Positions 38,078-48,501 of a stretch of DNA of 64,000 bases are shown one piece after another. Source of the DNA: Candidatus Aenigmatarchaeota archaeon. GTDB lineage: Archaea; Aenigmatarchaeota; Aenigmatarchaeia; Aenigmatarchaeales; JACQIB01. The notes beneath the pieces are model-generated. The model was not told the DNA's origin, did no database searches, and saw only the letters and a list, made by a program, of their open reading frames with translations. Numbering within the stretch: position 1 is the first letter of the stretch; each line of letters begins with the position of its first letter. The stretch is from positions 191,271 to 255,270 of the forward strand of contig JACQIB010000005.1 in NCBI GenBank assembly GCA_016198755.1, given 5' to 3'. Both the position numbers and the translations under genes were made by a program.

Positions 38078-38641
38078 ATGGGTTTGGAATATGGCAGCCC
38101 GGCAGCCAGAAAATTTATCACAACTATTGGGCTGATAACTTCTGATGGTCCATGGGGGCCGAACATAATGGCTGCAGAGTGGACTCACCATATCTCTTAT
38201 AACCCGGGATTAATTGCTGTTTTTCCAAGGCCCTCGAGAGCCACTACAGAAAACATAAAGAAAACAAAAGTTTTTGGGGTTAACATTGCTGCTATAGATC
38301 AAAATGTTATTTCCAGCATAGCTGGAGGGAACACTGGGAAAGAAATTGATAAAATTGCTGTCCTGAAGGAGTTGGGGTTTGAATTCTACCCTGCCAAAAA
38401 AATAAAGGTTTTAATGGTTAAAGGAGCTGCAGCCAATATAGAGTGCAAGCTTGTTAAAACAGTAAAGCTGGGGGACCACACAATGTTTGTTGGGAAAGCT
38501 TTAGAAGTTTCCTCTATAGAGAAAGAGTCCATAGCCTACAATGGAGGCAAATACTATAGGCTTGGTGAAAAGATAGAGAAGCCCCCGCAAGAGGTGCTGG
38601 ACAAGATTGCAATAACTCTTGAGAGGCATAAAAAGAAATAG
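38078..38641 (+). CDS. Flavin reductase-like protein
   Basis: NIMAAEW, IECK, GDHTMFVG. Confidence 0.88.
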   Translation: MGLEYGSPAARKFITTIGLITSDGPWGPNIMAAEWTHHISYNPGLIAVFPRPSRATTENIKKTKVFGVNIAAIDQNVISSIAGGNTGKEIDKIAVLKELGFEFYPAKKIKVLMVKGAAANIECKLVKTVKLGDHTMFVGKALEVSSIEKESIAYNGGKYYRLGEKIEKPPQEVLDKIAITLERHKKK

Positions 38642-38823
38642 AAACGGTGTATATGATACGCGAGGGTATGAGGCAGGCTGAGGGGCCTTTGGATGAAACT
38701 CCAACTGTAGGGGTTGGAGCGACTTCTGCTTAATTAGGCTTTAACGGATTTTTAGAAGGGTTTGATATTGTTTCTATATAGCTTCGGAAAGTATTATAAG
38801 CTGGTATAAGTAATTTTGTTTAG

Positions 38824-39714
38824 GTGTTATTTGTGAACTGGAAAATTAAGGGGGGGGATTTGATTAGATTTTGTGCAGAAGATGGCACAGTACTGTTTGG
38901 CTTCCTTATGAAGCCGAAAAGAGAAACAAAAAAAGTTCTTGTACATATACATGGCATGGTGGATGATTTTTACAGCTATCCGTTCTTTTCAGAATTTGCA
39001 AAAGCTGCCCTGAAAAATGGTTTTGCGTTCTTTTCTGTTGAAAATAGGGGAAGAGGTGTTGTATCTCTGTTTGAAAGGGAGAAAAAAAACTTTATGGCTG
39101 GAACAGCATTTGAGAGATTTGAGGACTGCCTTTATGATATAGGCGGGACACTGAAGGCTCTTAGAAAGCTTGGTTTTAAGGAATTTGTTCTGTCCGGACA
39201 CAGCACTGGCTGCCAGAAGGCAACCTATTATCTCTCTAAGAGAAGGGTAGATGATATTGGGGGGCTTTTGTTGCTTGGTCCAGCAGATGACAGGAATTGT
39301 ATGAAAAAGGATATGGGAAAGAATTCTGCAAAAGCAATTGGAATTTCAAAGAAAATGGTACGGTCTGGGAGGGGGGGAGAATTTGTACCTAAAAGCTATT
39401 TTGAATCCCCAATATCTGCCAGCCGCTTTTACTCTATTTTAAAGAAGCCTAGCAATGAGGGAGATGTGTTTGATTATACACTGAAAAAGTTGAAAGCTTT
39501 TGGGAAAATAAGGACAAACATACTTGTTGTTTTCGGCTCAAAAGACAGGTATTTAACTATGAGCCTGGGAAAAATGGAGAGAAAATTAAAGGAAAGCTCG
39601 AAAAATGCAAAAAGCTTTCAGTTTCTGACTATACAGGGAAGCACTCATTCCTTCCATAGCAGGGAGAAGCAGCTTGGGAAAGCTGTAGGGAAATGGCTGC
39701 AGAAGATTGGGTAG
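38824..39714 (+). CDS. Alpha/beta hydrolase (DUF1749-like)
   Basis: HIHG, GHSTGCQ; start uncertain. Confidence 0.85.
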   Translation: MLFVNWKIKGGDLIRFCAEDGTVLFGFLMKPKRETKKVLVHIHGMVDDFYSYPFFSEFAKAALKNGFAFFSVENRGRGVVSLFEREKKNFMAGTAFERFEDCLYDIGGTLKALRKLGFKEFVLSGHSTGCQKATYYLSKRRVDDIGGLLLLGPADDRNCMKKDMGKNSAKAIGISKKMVRSGRGGEFVPKSYFESPISASRFYSILKKPSNEGDVFDYTLKKLKAFGKIRTNILVVFGSKDRYLTMSLGKMERKLKESSKNAKSFQFLTIQGSTHSFHSREKQLGKAVGKWLQKIG

Positions 39715-39767
39715 TAAATTATAGCCTAAAAGAAGTGTTTAAATAAGTTACTATTATATGGTATTAC

Positions 39768-40859
39768 ATGAAAACTACAGTTGCAAACCAACTTGGTGGC
39801 GCTAGGGCGTATGCTAAGCGTGGCGCTGTTTCTCATGCTGGTAGTGCAGATATTGGGGATCTTGAGCAGGCATTGGGATACAGGACTGGGATAGCTTTTC
39901 CGGGGGGACTTGATTCCGGAAGTGTTTTTTACAGAGAGCAGAAAAATACAAGGGTAACAACACCAGAATTAAATGAAAGAATTGCTCGTTTATGGAAAGA
40001 CGCTGAAGACCAGGCAAAAGCCAAGGTAAAACCTGGTGAAAGACCGAGAATTTTTGATGCAGACAGGATAAGATACGAAGGTGCAAATTTTGATCCAGAA
40101 TATGGAACGTTAACAATATCGTGGAGTCGAGACAAGTATAGCAACCACTTTGGCCTGAAGGAGATGAAAGATCCAAAAACTGGAGAATATTTGCCCCTTC
40201 CATTTCATGTAAATCCGCTCTCAATTAATGGTATAGTAGTCACAGAAGATGGAAAAATTCCTCTTGTACAGAGAAATCCAAATAAAACAGACCAAGGACG
40301 TATCTGGCATATAGTGCCTCAGGGGTTTATAGACATAAAAACTGTAGGCGGCATAAGAGACATTACTGTTGAATCCCTTAAGAAAAAGGGTGTAATTCCA
40401 GATGGAATTGATGAAACTACAGTAAAAACACTTTTAAGGGAACTTAAAGTGCCAGATGCATATTATATTGAATCAGTTTCAGATGCTTCAGCCAGAGAGC
40501 TTAGTGAAGAGCTAAGAGTAACAACTGCACCAATGCCAAATGTATTGGCTAAAGATAATTTAGTTCTTGGTCTTATAAGGAATACTAGAAGAAATTTTGA
40601 TACCACAATACCAACTCTTATGAAAGTAGGCTGCTCTCATGCAGATATTGGTCTAAATGGCGATGAAGCTACAAAAATTGAATGGGTTGATATAGATCAG
40701 GGCGCATTAACAGGAAAGGTAGTGGAATTATCTAAGGATTTGGACAGGGCTTCTGGGCATTTACGTGGGGATTTGGGTCTTCTTGTATATCATTTGTATG
40801 GGGAAGCTGCGTACAGAGACACTTTAACAGAAGCAGCAAGAGCCAGAATTCCTGAATAA
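39768..40859 (+). CDS. Divergent NUDIX-fold protein
   Basis: IVVTEDGKI, PQGFID, ARELSEE. Confidence 0.6.
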   Translation: MKTTVANQLGGARAYAKRGAVSHAGSADIGDLEQALGYRTGIAFPGGLDSGSVFYREQKNTRVTTPELNERIARLWKDAEDQAKAKVKPGERPRIFDADRIRYEGANFDPEYGTLTISWSRDKYSNHFGLKEMKDPKTGEYLPLPFHVNPLSINGIVVTEDGKIPLVQRNPNKTDQGRIWHIVPQGFIDIKTVGGIRDITVESLKKKGVIPDGIDETTVKTLLRELKVPDAYYIESVSDASARELSEELRVTTAPMPNVLAKDNLVLGLIRNTRRNFDTTIPTLMKVGCSHADIGLNGDEATKIEWVDIDQGALTGKVVELSKDLDRASGHLRGDLGLLVYHLYGEAAYRDTLTEAARARIPE

Positions 40860-40869
40860 ATGTGGTGTT

Positions 40870-41655
40870 ATGGGAGCTAAGGTTTTGGAAGCAAGACATG
40901 TAGCATTTGATTGGGGCAACTGCTTAATACCAGACCCGAGATATGTTGTTATCCCGCAGATAGCAGGATTAGTTTCTGAAACTATAAAAGGTTCTACAGG
41001 GCGCTATGTTGAACCAGCTTCTGTTGTTAGTGTGTTTTATGATGTAGATGGACTTAAAAGGAATACTTGGGTTGGGGTCACACACTTTGGTCAGGAAGAC
41101 CCTATATTTGGAGACTTGCTGATGCAGCTTAATGTTTCTCCGGGTGATGCTGCATTATTGGCGCCCAATATTCTTTCCGCCTATAGGGCTAAGTGGATGG
41201 AATTTGTGAAGGGAAGTAAAGATTGGAATAATGAAAGGGTAGAAACACTGAAGGCACTGAAAGAGGGTGGAGCAGCTCTTTCTATCCTAAGCAACGATAG
41301 AATGCACACATGCAGAGCTGCATTAGAGTGGGCTGGAATGCTGGATTTTTTTGGTTATATTGCAACAGCGCACGAATATGGGCTTGAAAAGCACCCAAAT
41401 GTTCCAGAGAGCAGAGACCGCTTTTTGAGAGAAACTGGTTTTAGACCTCAGGAAACTGTTTATGTAGGTGACGACTCTGTGAGGGACATTAAATGGGCTA
41501 AGGGTGGCGGAATGAACGCTGTTCTTTATGTTCCTCCTCCAGAGTTCAGGAAGGGAGGAGCAGCTGTCTGGAGAGCAGAGTCTGGGGACACTGAACCAGA
41601 TTTGGTGATTAACAACTTTTCTGAGCTTAAAAACAGCATTAGAACTGTTGCATAA
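40870..41655 (+). CDS. HAD-superfamily hydrolase
   Basis: FDWGNCL, LSN, K.P, YVGDDSVRDI. Confidence 0.85.
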   Translation: MGAKVLEARHVAFDWGNCLIPDPRYVVIPQIAGLVSETIKGSTGRYVEPASVVSVFYDVDGLKRNTWVGVTHFGQEDPIFGDLLMQLNVSPGDAALLAPNILSAYRAKWMEFVKGSKDWNNERVETLKALKEGGAALSILSNDRMHTCRAALEWAGMLDFFGYIATAHEYGLEKHPNVPESRDRFLRETGFRPQETVYVGDDSVRDIKWAKGGGMNAVLYVPPPEFRKGGAAVWRAESGDTEPDLVINNFSELKNSIRTVA

Positions 41656-41714
41656 TTAGTTCTGTTTCTGTAAACATTATAAGCATGTGTAAACAACTAC
41701 TGGGGGGCTGTATA

Positions 41715-42557
41715 ATGGTAGAAATGTTTGGAATATTGGCAGCTGTAATTTCCATAGTTGGGTGGGGATCGTATTTTGTTCCAATGAAAAGGCTGCAAAA
41801 ATATGATATTTTTTATTTTCAGGCTTTAATGGCATCAGGAATTTTTCTTTCTAGTTTGGTCTTTGTTGCATTGACAGGAAAGTTTGTTATAAGTGGTTTT
41901 GGCTTCTTGTCAGGTGTCCTATGGGCTATTGCGAATATTATTGCTGCTATTGCAGTTCAAAGGTCTGGACTATCCAAATCTATGCCTATATGGGCTAGCA
42001 TAGCTATGCTGCTCTCATTTTTCATAGGTTTGGGACTCGGGGAGGGGTTGAATGTATTTGGTTTAGCTGTTGCTGGAATTGTACTTTCTATAGCAGGAAT
42101 AAACATAATATCGTTTTCGGGCTCAACTGCTGGGTCTTCTGATAAAACTGGTCTAGTGCTTGCGGTGATAGCAGGCCTTATTTTCGGTAGCTACCTTTTG
42201 CCGCTGAAGCTATCAGGAATTGCACCAGCAGACTTCCTATTTTCCATGTCCTTGGGCATTCTTGCTTTTGGTTGGCTGGCTTTTATTATAAAGAGACCAA
42301 AAATTGATAAATCATATATAGGAAATGGGCTGCTATCAGGCATTATATGGAATGTTGCAAACTTCAGCAGCTTGTTTGTTGTTGTTCTCTTAGGTATTTC
42401 TATAGGATTCCCAATTACTCAAACTTCTCTATTGGTAGCAGTTTTGTGGGGTGTTTTATACTTCAAAGAGATTAAGGAAAGTAATTCTATTGTGAAGATT
42501 ATAATAGGAGCCATTTTATTGATTATTGGAGCATTTCTTTTAGGATTTTCCAAATAA
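41715..42557 (+). CDS. DMT/GRP-family sugar transporter
   Basis: ~10 TM; WGSYFVP, SGVLWA.AN, WGVLYFKE. Confidence 0.85.
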   Translation: MVEMFGILAAVISIVGWGSYFVPMKRLQKYDIFYFQALMASGIFLSSLVFVALTGKFVISGFGFLSGVLWAIANIIAAIAVQRSGLSKSMPIWASIAMLLSFFIGLGLGEGLNVFGLAVAGIVLSIAGINIISFSGSTAGSSDKTGLVLAVIAGLIFGSYLLPLKLSGIAPADFLFSMSLGILAFGWLAFIIKRPKIDKSYIGNGLLSGIIWNVANFSSLFVVVLLGISIGFPITQTSLLVAVLWGVLYFKEIKESNSIVKIIIGAILLIIGAFLLGFSK

Positions 42558-42558
42558 C

Positions 42559-42744
42559 TGGTGCGGGGGAAGAGAGTTTCACTGCGCTTTGAACTCTTGA
42601 AGGGCCTGCGCCCACAGGATTTCTTTCATTGCGCGGCTTTCGGCCGCAGCTCTGAACTTAGGGCATGCCTTAAGTGTCGCAGACCGTTGTCTCCTGCGCA
42701 TTTTCTGCTCGCGCGCAGCGCGCACCGAGCTTTGCTACCCCCGC
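42559..42744 (-). tRNA. tRNA-Leu(TAA) with four introns (~42705-42724 D-loop; 42676-42692 at 30/31; 42621-42668 at 37/38; 42576-42587 at 59/60)
   Basis: GCGGGGG/CCCCCGC acceptor, A73, CCA, long variable arm; splicing gives ~89 nt; conserved position after rpoD. Confidence 0.85.
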
Positions 42745-42837
42745 ACAATTTAGTTGTACAGAACATTATATATAGTCTTCTCTTGAGCATGTTGCTGGAA
42801 GGGAGAGGTTGGAAGGAGATACGCAGTTTCTCCCCCA

Positions 42838-43623
42838 TTAGAGCTTGCCAACAGCCTTTCCAAAATCCTTTGATTTTTTCCTTAGAATTCCTAGAGCTGA
42901 GAGGAAAATTTCCTGTGATGAAAGTGCAGAAATGCTCTCTATATTAAATATAAAGCGGGTTGGGTCACCTGAAAGCTTTAGGGAACCCTCTGGTTTTGCT
43001 ATTTTGTCTGCTCTGCATGAAAGATCACACTCAAAGCCTATGCGGGCTTTCCCATCCTCGAAAACTATTCCCCTCTGAGGGCAGGCTTTCATAACTTCCT
43101 CTGGATTTTCAATTTTTCCTTTCTGTTCTAGAACAGGATAATAGCGGTAGAAAGAACGTGCAGCCTGATATTTTGCATGTCTCCCTCCAAACCCAAGTAC
43201 AGCAACAGCTTCAAATTTTAGCCTTTGTCCCTCGAAAAGCTCCACAATTGGGGTTTCAGGATATAAAGGAGAAGCTGCTTTTGAATCAGCAGATTTCAGG
43301 TCTTTTGCATAGACCATGCAGGGTCCTTTCTTGTCCAGAACAAAAACAATCTGGCAGTTTGAGCATCCCTTTCCCTCACATGTGCATTCTGAAGTAAGGT
43401 TAAAGGCCTTTGAATCAAACTTTAAAGGAAGCAAACCAAGCCTGTGTGCCAAAATCTCATCATACATTACAGAATCATTTGAATTGAAATCTACTGTGTC
43501 TATTGCAAGAATAGGTATTTCGTTCATCATTATTCTGCGCAAAGCGTTGGCAAACTGGGGTGTAAGACTGTCTGCAACCATCCTTATTTCCCCTTCTGTA
43601 GAAGCAAGAATTTGTATGTTCAT
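42838..43623 (-). CDS. rpoD: RNA polymerase subunit D (Rpo3)
   Basis: FANALRR, NDSVMYDEILAHRLGLLP, HAKY. Confidence 0.97.
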   Translation of the reverse strand: MNIQILASTEGEIRMVADSLTPQFANALRRIMMNEIPILAIDTVDFNSNDSVMYDEILAHRLGLLPLKFDSKAFNLTSECTCEGKGCSNCQIVFVLDKKGPCMVYAKDLKSADSKAASPLYPETPIVELFEGQRLKFEAVAVLGFGGRHAKYQAARSFYRYYPVLEQKGKIENPEEVMKACPQRGIVFEDGKARIGFECDLSCRADKIAKPEGSLKLSGDPTRFIFNIESISALSSQEIFLSALGILRKKSKDFGKAVGKL

Positions 43624-43725
43624 ACCTGCTCTATGTGCAGAAAAGGTTTATAAAAGTATCTGTTATGGGAACTTCCAGTTAATCTTTTTCAAAAGTTTTA
43701 TAAATGCTGTAATTACAATATAATT

Positions 43726-44217
43726 ATGGTAAACGTTCCTCATATAAAAATACAAATTTTTCACCACAAAAGCCATAGATTCATGTTTATTGACGATTAT
43801 TTGTGGATGTGGGATACACCTCAGGAGATTGAACTTCAACAAGATATGGCTAAAAGAGCATTTGGAAATGTTCTAGTTGCTGGTTATGGTTTTGGGATAC
43901 TTCAAAAATTTTTGATTAAAAATCCAAAAGTAAAATCGGTTACAACGGTTGAGAAATATAAAGAAGTTATTGAACAAATTGGGGGGGGGAATTTACACGG
44001 TAAAATTATCATATCGGATTTTTATGATTTGCCAGAAAATAAAAAATTTGACTGCATAATAGGAGATATTTGGCCGGATATAGATGTGAAATTTCTGCAA
44101 GATTATATAAAATTCCGAAATAAATCTAAGAAACTCTTGAAGAAAAATGGCAAGATTTTAGCTTGGGGTAAGGATTATTTTGAATTTTTACTGAAAAGGA
44201 AACAATCCTCTCACTGA
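43726..44217 (+). CDS. SAM-dependent methyltransferase (spermidine synthase-like fold)
   Basis: VLVAGYGFG, TTVE, FDCIIGDIW; AT-rich. Confidence 0.8.
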   Translation: MVNVPHIKIQIFHHKSHRFMFIDDYLWMWDTPQEIELQQDMAKRAFGNVLVAGYGFGILQKFLIKNPKVKSVTTVEKYKEVIEQIGGGNLHGKIIISDFYDLPENKKFDCIIGDIWPDIDVKFLQDYIKFRNKSKKLLKKNGKILAWGKDYFEFLLKRKQSSH

Positions 44218-44239
44218 TTTGTTTCTTTACGGCTCACTG

Positions 44240-47200
44240 TTATGTGAATGTTGTGGTTGTTGTAGTGGTTGTTGCAGACCCGCCAGAAAATAGTTGGGAG
44301 AAATAAGATAGAATTCCGCCTGACCATGCCTCTTTTGCATTGGCATCTTTATCATATTGGTCTGCCTGCTCCTTCAGGAAGCTTATCTGCTCTGATAAGG
44401 AAGCACGTGCATCCACATTTCCAACAGAATCTGCTATAAGCTGTAAGTTAGTTGCAATTTCCCTTAGCTTCTCAGCCTTTTCTCTTAAGAAAATAGAATC
44501 CTTCCTCTCCTGTTCAGCTACCATTCCAAAGAACTGCTGCAAAGCATATCCAACATCAGCACTCTTGTTCTTTACCTGTTCCACACCGGCTGAAACCTCC
44601 AGTATATCATTCTGGGATTCGCTTACGCGTGGCTGTAAAGAAGTTGGTATTTTCTCCAGTTCCTTCATTGTTTCCAGCTTCCCTACAAAATTCTTAAGTT
44701 CACTTCCCTTTTCAGCAGGGGCTGAAGAAAGCTCTACATGATCCACATCCACATCTGACAGGAATTCTAACCTTCTCAAATCCCCGAGCCTGTTAGGAGC
44801 TGCAGTTCCCCTGTAAATATAGACTCCTGCTAAGTTAAGCGGAGCATCATCAAACTTTATTGTCAATCCCCTGACTTTGGTTATCTGGTCTGATGTTAAT
44901 TTTTTGTCGCTTGATAGAACAACAGGCAGGACTGAAATCTGGCTTACATCTTTCACTATTTTGTAGTCTTTGAATTTGCACAGGTCAGATGTGACCCTGT
45001 CAGCTACCTTCTCTGCAACAAGCTCTGGCTTGAATTTATCTGGATCGCAGTTTGCAGCCCTTTCCTTTACTGCTTTGCACTGCCTTGGAAGTTCGTTGCA
45101 TACAAATCTTGCCTTTTCCATGAAAGTACTGCAAAGAGAAGTCCTGTCGAATGTTTCCACAGAGGTTGGTTCAGCTGTCTGTAAACCTGTGGCAACATTT
45201 AGAACCTCACCGTTTCTAAGCACAAATGCACCTGACACTGGAGTAGCTGGAATGCCTTTCTCCGTGGATTGTTGGCACCTTGGTATATTTGCGCACCCTG
45301 TTTGGTCTTTCTCAACTACAAAAGAACCTCCGCTATTTTTACAGGCGTCTATCATGGATTCAGTTGGAACAAAAGGTCTGCACTCCTCTCTTCCTGAACA
45401 AAACTCATCAGACTTTTTCTTCATATCTTTACATCTGAATTCAATTTCCCTGTCGCACTGTACTGCACCTTTCTGCAGCTCTGTACACATATCTGTTATA
45501 CTGCCGCGCACAGAAAGCTCATATAAGGTTCTGCGTTTTATCTCTTCCTTTATGTCATTTGGATTTTTGCATATGCTGTCTATAAACGCTGGCGGGAGCT
45601 CAGATTTTATATGACGAAGGGCTTCTGCTGAAAGGAACTCGATAGGATCTGTTGTAAACATGAAAGACGGTGTATCTGACGGTGGTGGAGCTGGACCTGT
45701 ACCGCCCGGTCCCCCAAACTGGGAACAACCAGTTAAAGTCCCGAGTTCCTGCTGCTCAATTATCCTTCCATATGGTATGTTGTAAATTACCCATGTTGGA
45801 TAGTTCTTTATGCCTTTCTGGGCACAAACATTAGGTTGCTCATAACAGTTTACAACCCTTCCAAGATCCTTTAGTACATTAAAACTGTTTCCAAGCAGTG
45901 TTGCTTGCTTTACACTTGGGTGGTTGCCTGCTTCATCTTCCTGTTGGCTTGTTGGGGATGGATTAGTATAAACATAAAGTTCTAGTCCTGAGTTCTTTAC
46001 GCAGCGCTCCAAAATTGCCCTGTCAGTGCCCTGTACAGAACCTGAACAGGCTCCAACAGCTTTTCCTCCCTTCTCAGTACAGCACCATGCCCCTGATGCA
46101 ATATCCCATGTGGGTTTGGAATATTCTTTGGCTTGAGCCGGACAGTAAAAGCCTGGAGGAGGATCTATTGCCTTGCAGTCACCTGGACAGGATCTCTCTT
46201 CTCCTGATTCGCAAATTAAATTCCCGCAGAAAGAAATTTGAGTACAGTCAGCAGGACAGGAGAAACTTGTTTCCCCCTGTTCACAGCGGTTGTTTCCGCA
46301 GACAAAACCGCCTACAGGTTTACCGCAGTCCTGTGCACAAGTCCCTGTTGTCTCCCCGAATTCACAAATATTATTGCCGCAGACTGAGCAGGTAGGCTGT
46401 GGTGAACAGTAACTCCCTGGAGCTGGCGGAGGTGTTACAAGAGTTCCTCCATTGGCAGAGCACTTTCTCTTTAAATCATCGGTATATGAAACAGCAGGAC
46501 AGACATTGCGCTTGCAGTCTGAGCTGCAGCTGTCTGGAGTTTCCCCATATTCACAAAATCCATTGCCGCAGAATGATGGTGTTATTGTTGTTGGTGGCCC
46601 GGTAACAGGACAGCTGGCTGTTGTACAATATCCAGATCCACCTCCAGATGGATAACACCAATTTGACTTCCCAATTTCTTTACAGTCTTTTTCATTATAA
46701 CAGTTCCATGATTGAGCTGACTGACAATAAGGACAGGATTCTCTTGTGCAGTAACCACCTCCTGAATTAGTGCACCAGTTATTCCCTGCGCCCTTACATT
46801 GATCAGGACTATTGCAATAGGAAGGGTATGTACTGGAACATGCCATTGTTGTGGCTGTATAGTAAGTTGTTGTGGTTCCTGAGGGGCAGGTTGGAATGTA
46901 ACAATCTGTCCTGCAGGCATTTGTTGCAGTGTCCTTTGAATTGGAACATGTGACTCTTGTTCCATCAGGACAGGTTTTTGAGCTGGCTGGACAGCCTGAA
47001 TAACCGCAGTAGCCGTTAGAACAATAATTACTTGTACATTCGCTGGGTGATGTGCAGGCTTCTCCATCATACTTCTTTTGTGCTGTGGTTGTAGTAGTGG
47101 TTGCAGGAGCAGGTAAACATACTCCGTTGTTGCAGCCGTATGAACATTGATAACCAAAGGAAGAAAGCTTTCCATTTGAATCACAGAAACCTTCGTTCAA

Positions 47201-48439
47201 CTGTGTTGAAGTTGCACAATAATCATAATAGGTTGAATAGGAGTTTGTTGTGGATTTTGGAGTGTTTGGATTTGGTTCCTGCCCATAAATTGCATTATAG
47301 CCTGCCGCTGCACCTCCATAGATACCAACTGCAACACCGTTTGTATTCGAGTTAATGCCCCCATCAGAATCTGTGCATGCACCGCTGTATGGAGGGGTGG
47401 TGGTTGTTGTGGTTGATTGTGCAATGCAATGCCCATCAGAACAACTGTAACCAGAAGCACATGTCTGAGTCTGAGATGAAGCTGAAGTAGCTTGGCTGGA
47501 ACCGCAATAATATTCTATAACACTGTTACCTGAACAATAGTCTGTATATGTGGCATAATTTACTGTAACGGTGCCCTTTGTGTTTATATCATTCCCATTG
47601 TCAGAATCAATGCAAGCTGAAGGTTTTATTTCCAAGAGCCCATCACTCGTGTCCTTTACGCTCTTTGAATTCTCATAGCAGCTGTTTCTGTCTGCTATGG
47701 TTGGACAGGTTGAAACTCTTACCTTATAACTACCGAGAGAAACATACTCAGGAATAGTCCAAGAAGTTGTGCCTGGATTTCCATTAACATTCACAAGGTT
47801 GCTGACTTTAATAGTTCCAGAAGAGTCCAGCAAATCTATATAGACATAATTTACACCTGAAGATGTCCATGAAATTGTTACAGTGTCTTTAAGTCTCCAT
47901 GTTTCTCCACCGTTTGGGGAAGTTACAGTAATGCTGGCTGGACCAGTTGTGGTTGTTGTGCTGGTTGTAGTTGTGGCTAGAGTTGTAGTTGTTGTGGTGG
48001 TTGTGGTTGTAGCACAGTTTGTAGCTGCGGAGCAGTCAGAATCAGAGCAATCTATTGTACCGTCATAATCATCGTCTTTACCATCAGCGCAGGATGTTTC
48101 TGTTGCAGGCTTCTGAACACTGGCACCGTTGGCACATGTATATGATGCATCATTGGCAGTCGCTGAGCTCAGAACGCAATATTTTGTATAAAGGTCGTTT
48201 GAAACCACATGGTCTGAACAATGGTAATTATTTACACGCCAGCTTTCGCCAACAATACAGTAGTTTCTTCCAGAAGGTTCTGCACCATTGCAAGTGCAGT
48301 AGTATGCACCACTCTTATAACAATCTGCTGCTGTAGTGCACTTGTCTAATGCAAAAGATATTGAGCCAATAGAAGAGAACGCTAGTACAAACGATAATAC
48401 CAAGACAGCAAAAATAAGGGTTTTCCTTGAACCAAGCAT
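44240..48439 (-). CDS. Giant secreted Cys-rich protein (paralog of 22304-25873)
   Basis: Signal peptide, CxDGxDxDxDGxxDC, Ig-like SPNGGE domain, CxDSDxG repeats, CGN repeats, shared C-terminal region. Confidence 0.85.
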   Translation of the reverse strand: MLGSRKTLIFAVLVLSFVLAFSSIGSISFALDKCTTAADCYKSGAYYCTCNGAEPSGRNYCIVGESWRVNNYHCSDHVVSNDLYTKYCVLSSATANDASYTCANGASVQKPATETSCADGKDDDYDGTIDCSDSDCSAATNCATTTTTTTTTTLATTTTSTTTTTGPASITVTSPNGGETWRLKDTVTISWTSSGVNYVYIDLLDSSGTIKVSNLVNVNGNPGTTSWTIPEYVSLGSYKVRVSTCPTIADRNSCYENSKSVKDTSDGLLEIKPSACIDSDNGNDINTKGTVTVNYATYTDYCSGNSVIEYYCGSSQATSASSQTQTCASGYSCSDGHCIAQSTTTTTTPPYSGACTDSDGGINSNTNGVAVGIYGGAAAGYNAIYGQEPNPNTPKSTTNSYSTYYDYCATSTQLNEGFCDSNGKLSSFGYQCSYGCNNGVCLPAPATTTTTTAQKKYDGEACTSPSECTSNYCSNGYCGYSGCPASSKTCPDGTRVTCSNSKDTATNACRTDCYIPTCPSGTTTTYYTATTMACSSTYPSYCNSPDQCKGAGNNWCTNSGGGYCTRESCPYCQSAQSWNCYNEKDCKEIGKSNWCYPSGGGSGYCTTASCPVTGPPTTITPSFCGNGFCEYGETPDSCSSDCKRNVCPAVSYTDDLKRKCSANGGTLVTPPPAPGSYCSPQPTCSVCGNNICEFGETTGTCAQDCGKPVGGFVCGNNRCEQGETSFSCPADCTQISFCGNLICESGEERSCPGDCKAIDPPPGFYCPAQAKEYSKPTWDIASGAWCCTEKGGKAVGACSGSVQGTDRAILERCVKNSGLELYVYTNPSPTSQQEDEAGNHPSVKQATLLGNSFNVLKDLGRVVNCYEQPNVCAQKGIKNYPTWVIYNIPYGRIIEQQELGTLTGCSQFGGPGGTGPAPPPSDTPSFMFTTDPIEFLSAEALRHIKSELPPAFIDSICKNPNDIKEEIKRRTLYELSVRGSITDMCTELQKGAVQCDREIEFRCKDMKKKSDEFCSGREECRPFVPTESMIDACKNSGGSFVVEKDQTGCANIPRCQQSTEKGIPATPVSGAFVLRNGEVLNVATGLQTAEPTSVETFDRTSLCSTFMEKARFVCNELPRQCKAVKERAANCDPDKFKPELVAEKVADRVTSDLCKFKDYKIVKDVSQISVLPVVLSSDKKLTSDQITKVRGLTIKFDDAPLNLAGVYIYRGTAAPNRLGDLRRLEFLSDVDVDHVELSSAPAEKGSELKNFVGKLETMKELEKIPTSLQPRVSESQNDILEVSAGVEQVKNKSADVGYALQQFFGMVAEQERKDSIFLREKAEKLREIATNLQLIADSVGNVDARASLSEQISFLKEQADQYDKDANAKEAWSGGILSYFSQLFSGGSATTTTTTTTFT

Positions 48440-48501
48440 TTAAAAGTTGTGTTTTGCCTGCATAAAAGCTTTCTGTTTTTAACTATTTTAATATAACAGT
48501 G

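Noticed and set aside
38671-38731. Hammerhead ribozyme
   Set aside because: CTGAGGG deviates from CUGANGA and there is no UH after the stem following GAAA
42621-42668. Alternative splicing to a CAG anticodon using TTCAG within the intron
   Set aside because: The TTCA/TGAA register leaves a 9-nt loop; CTTAAGA gives the canonical 7-nt loop
42561-42947. 128-aa and 70-aa ORFs
   Set aside because: They overlap the intron-containing tRNA-Leu
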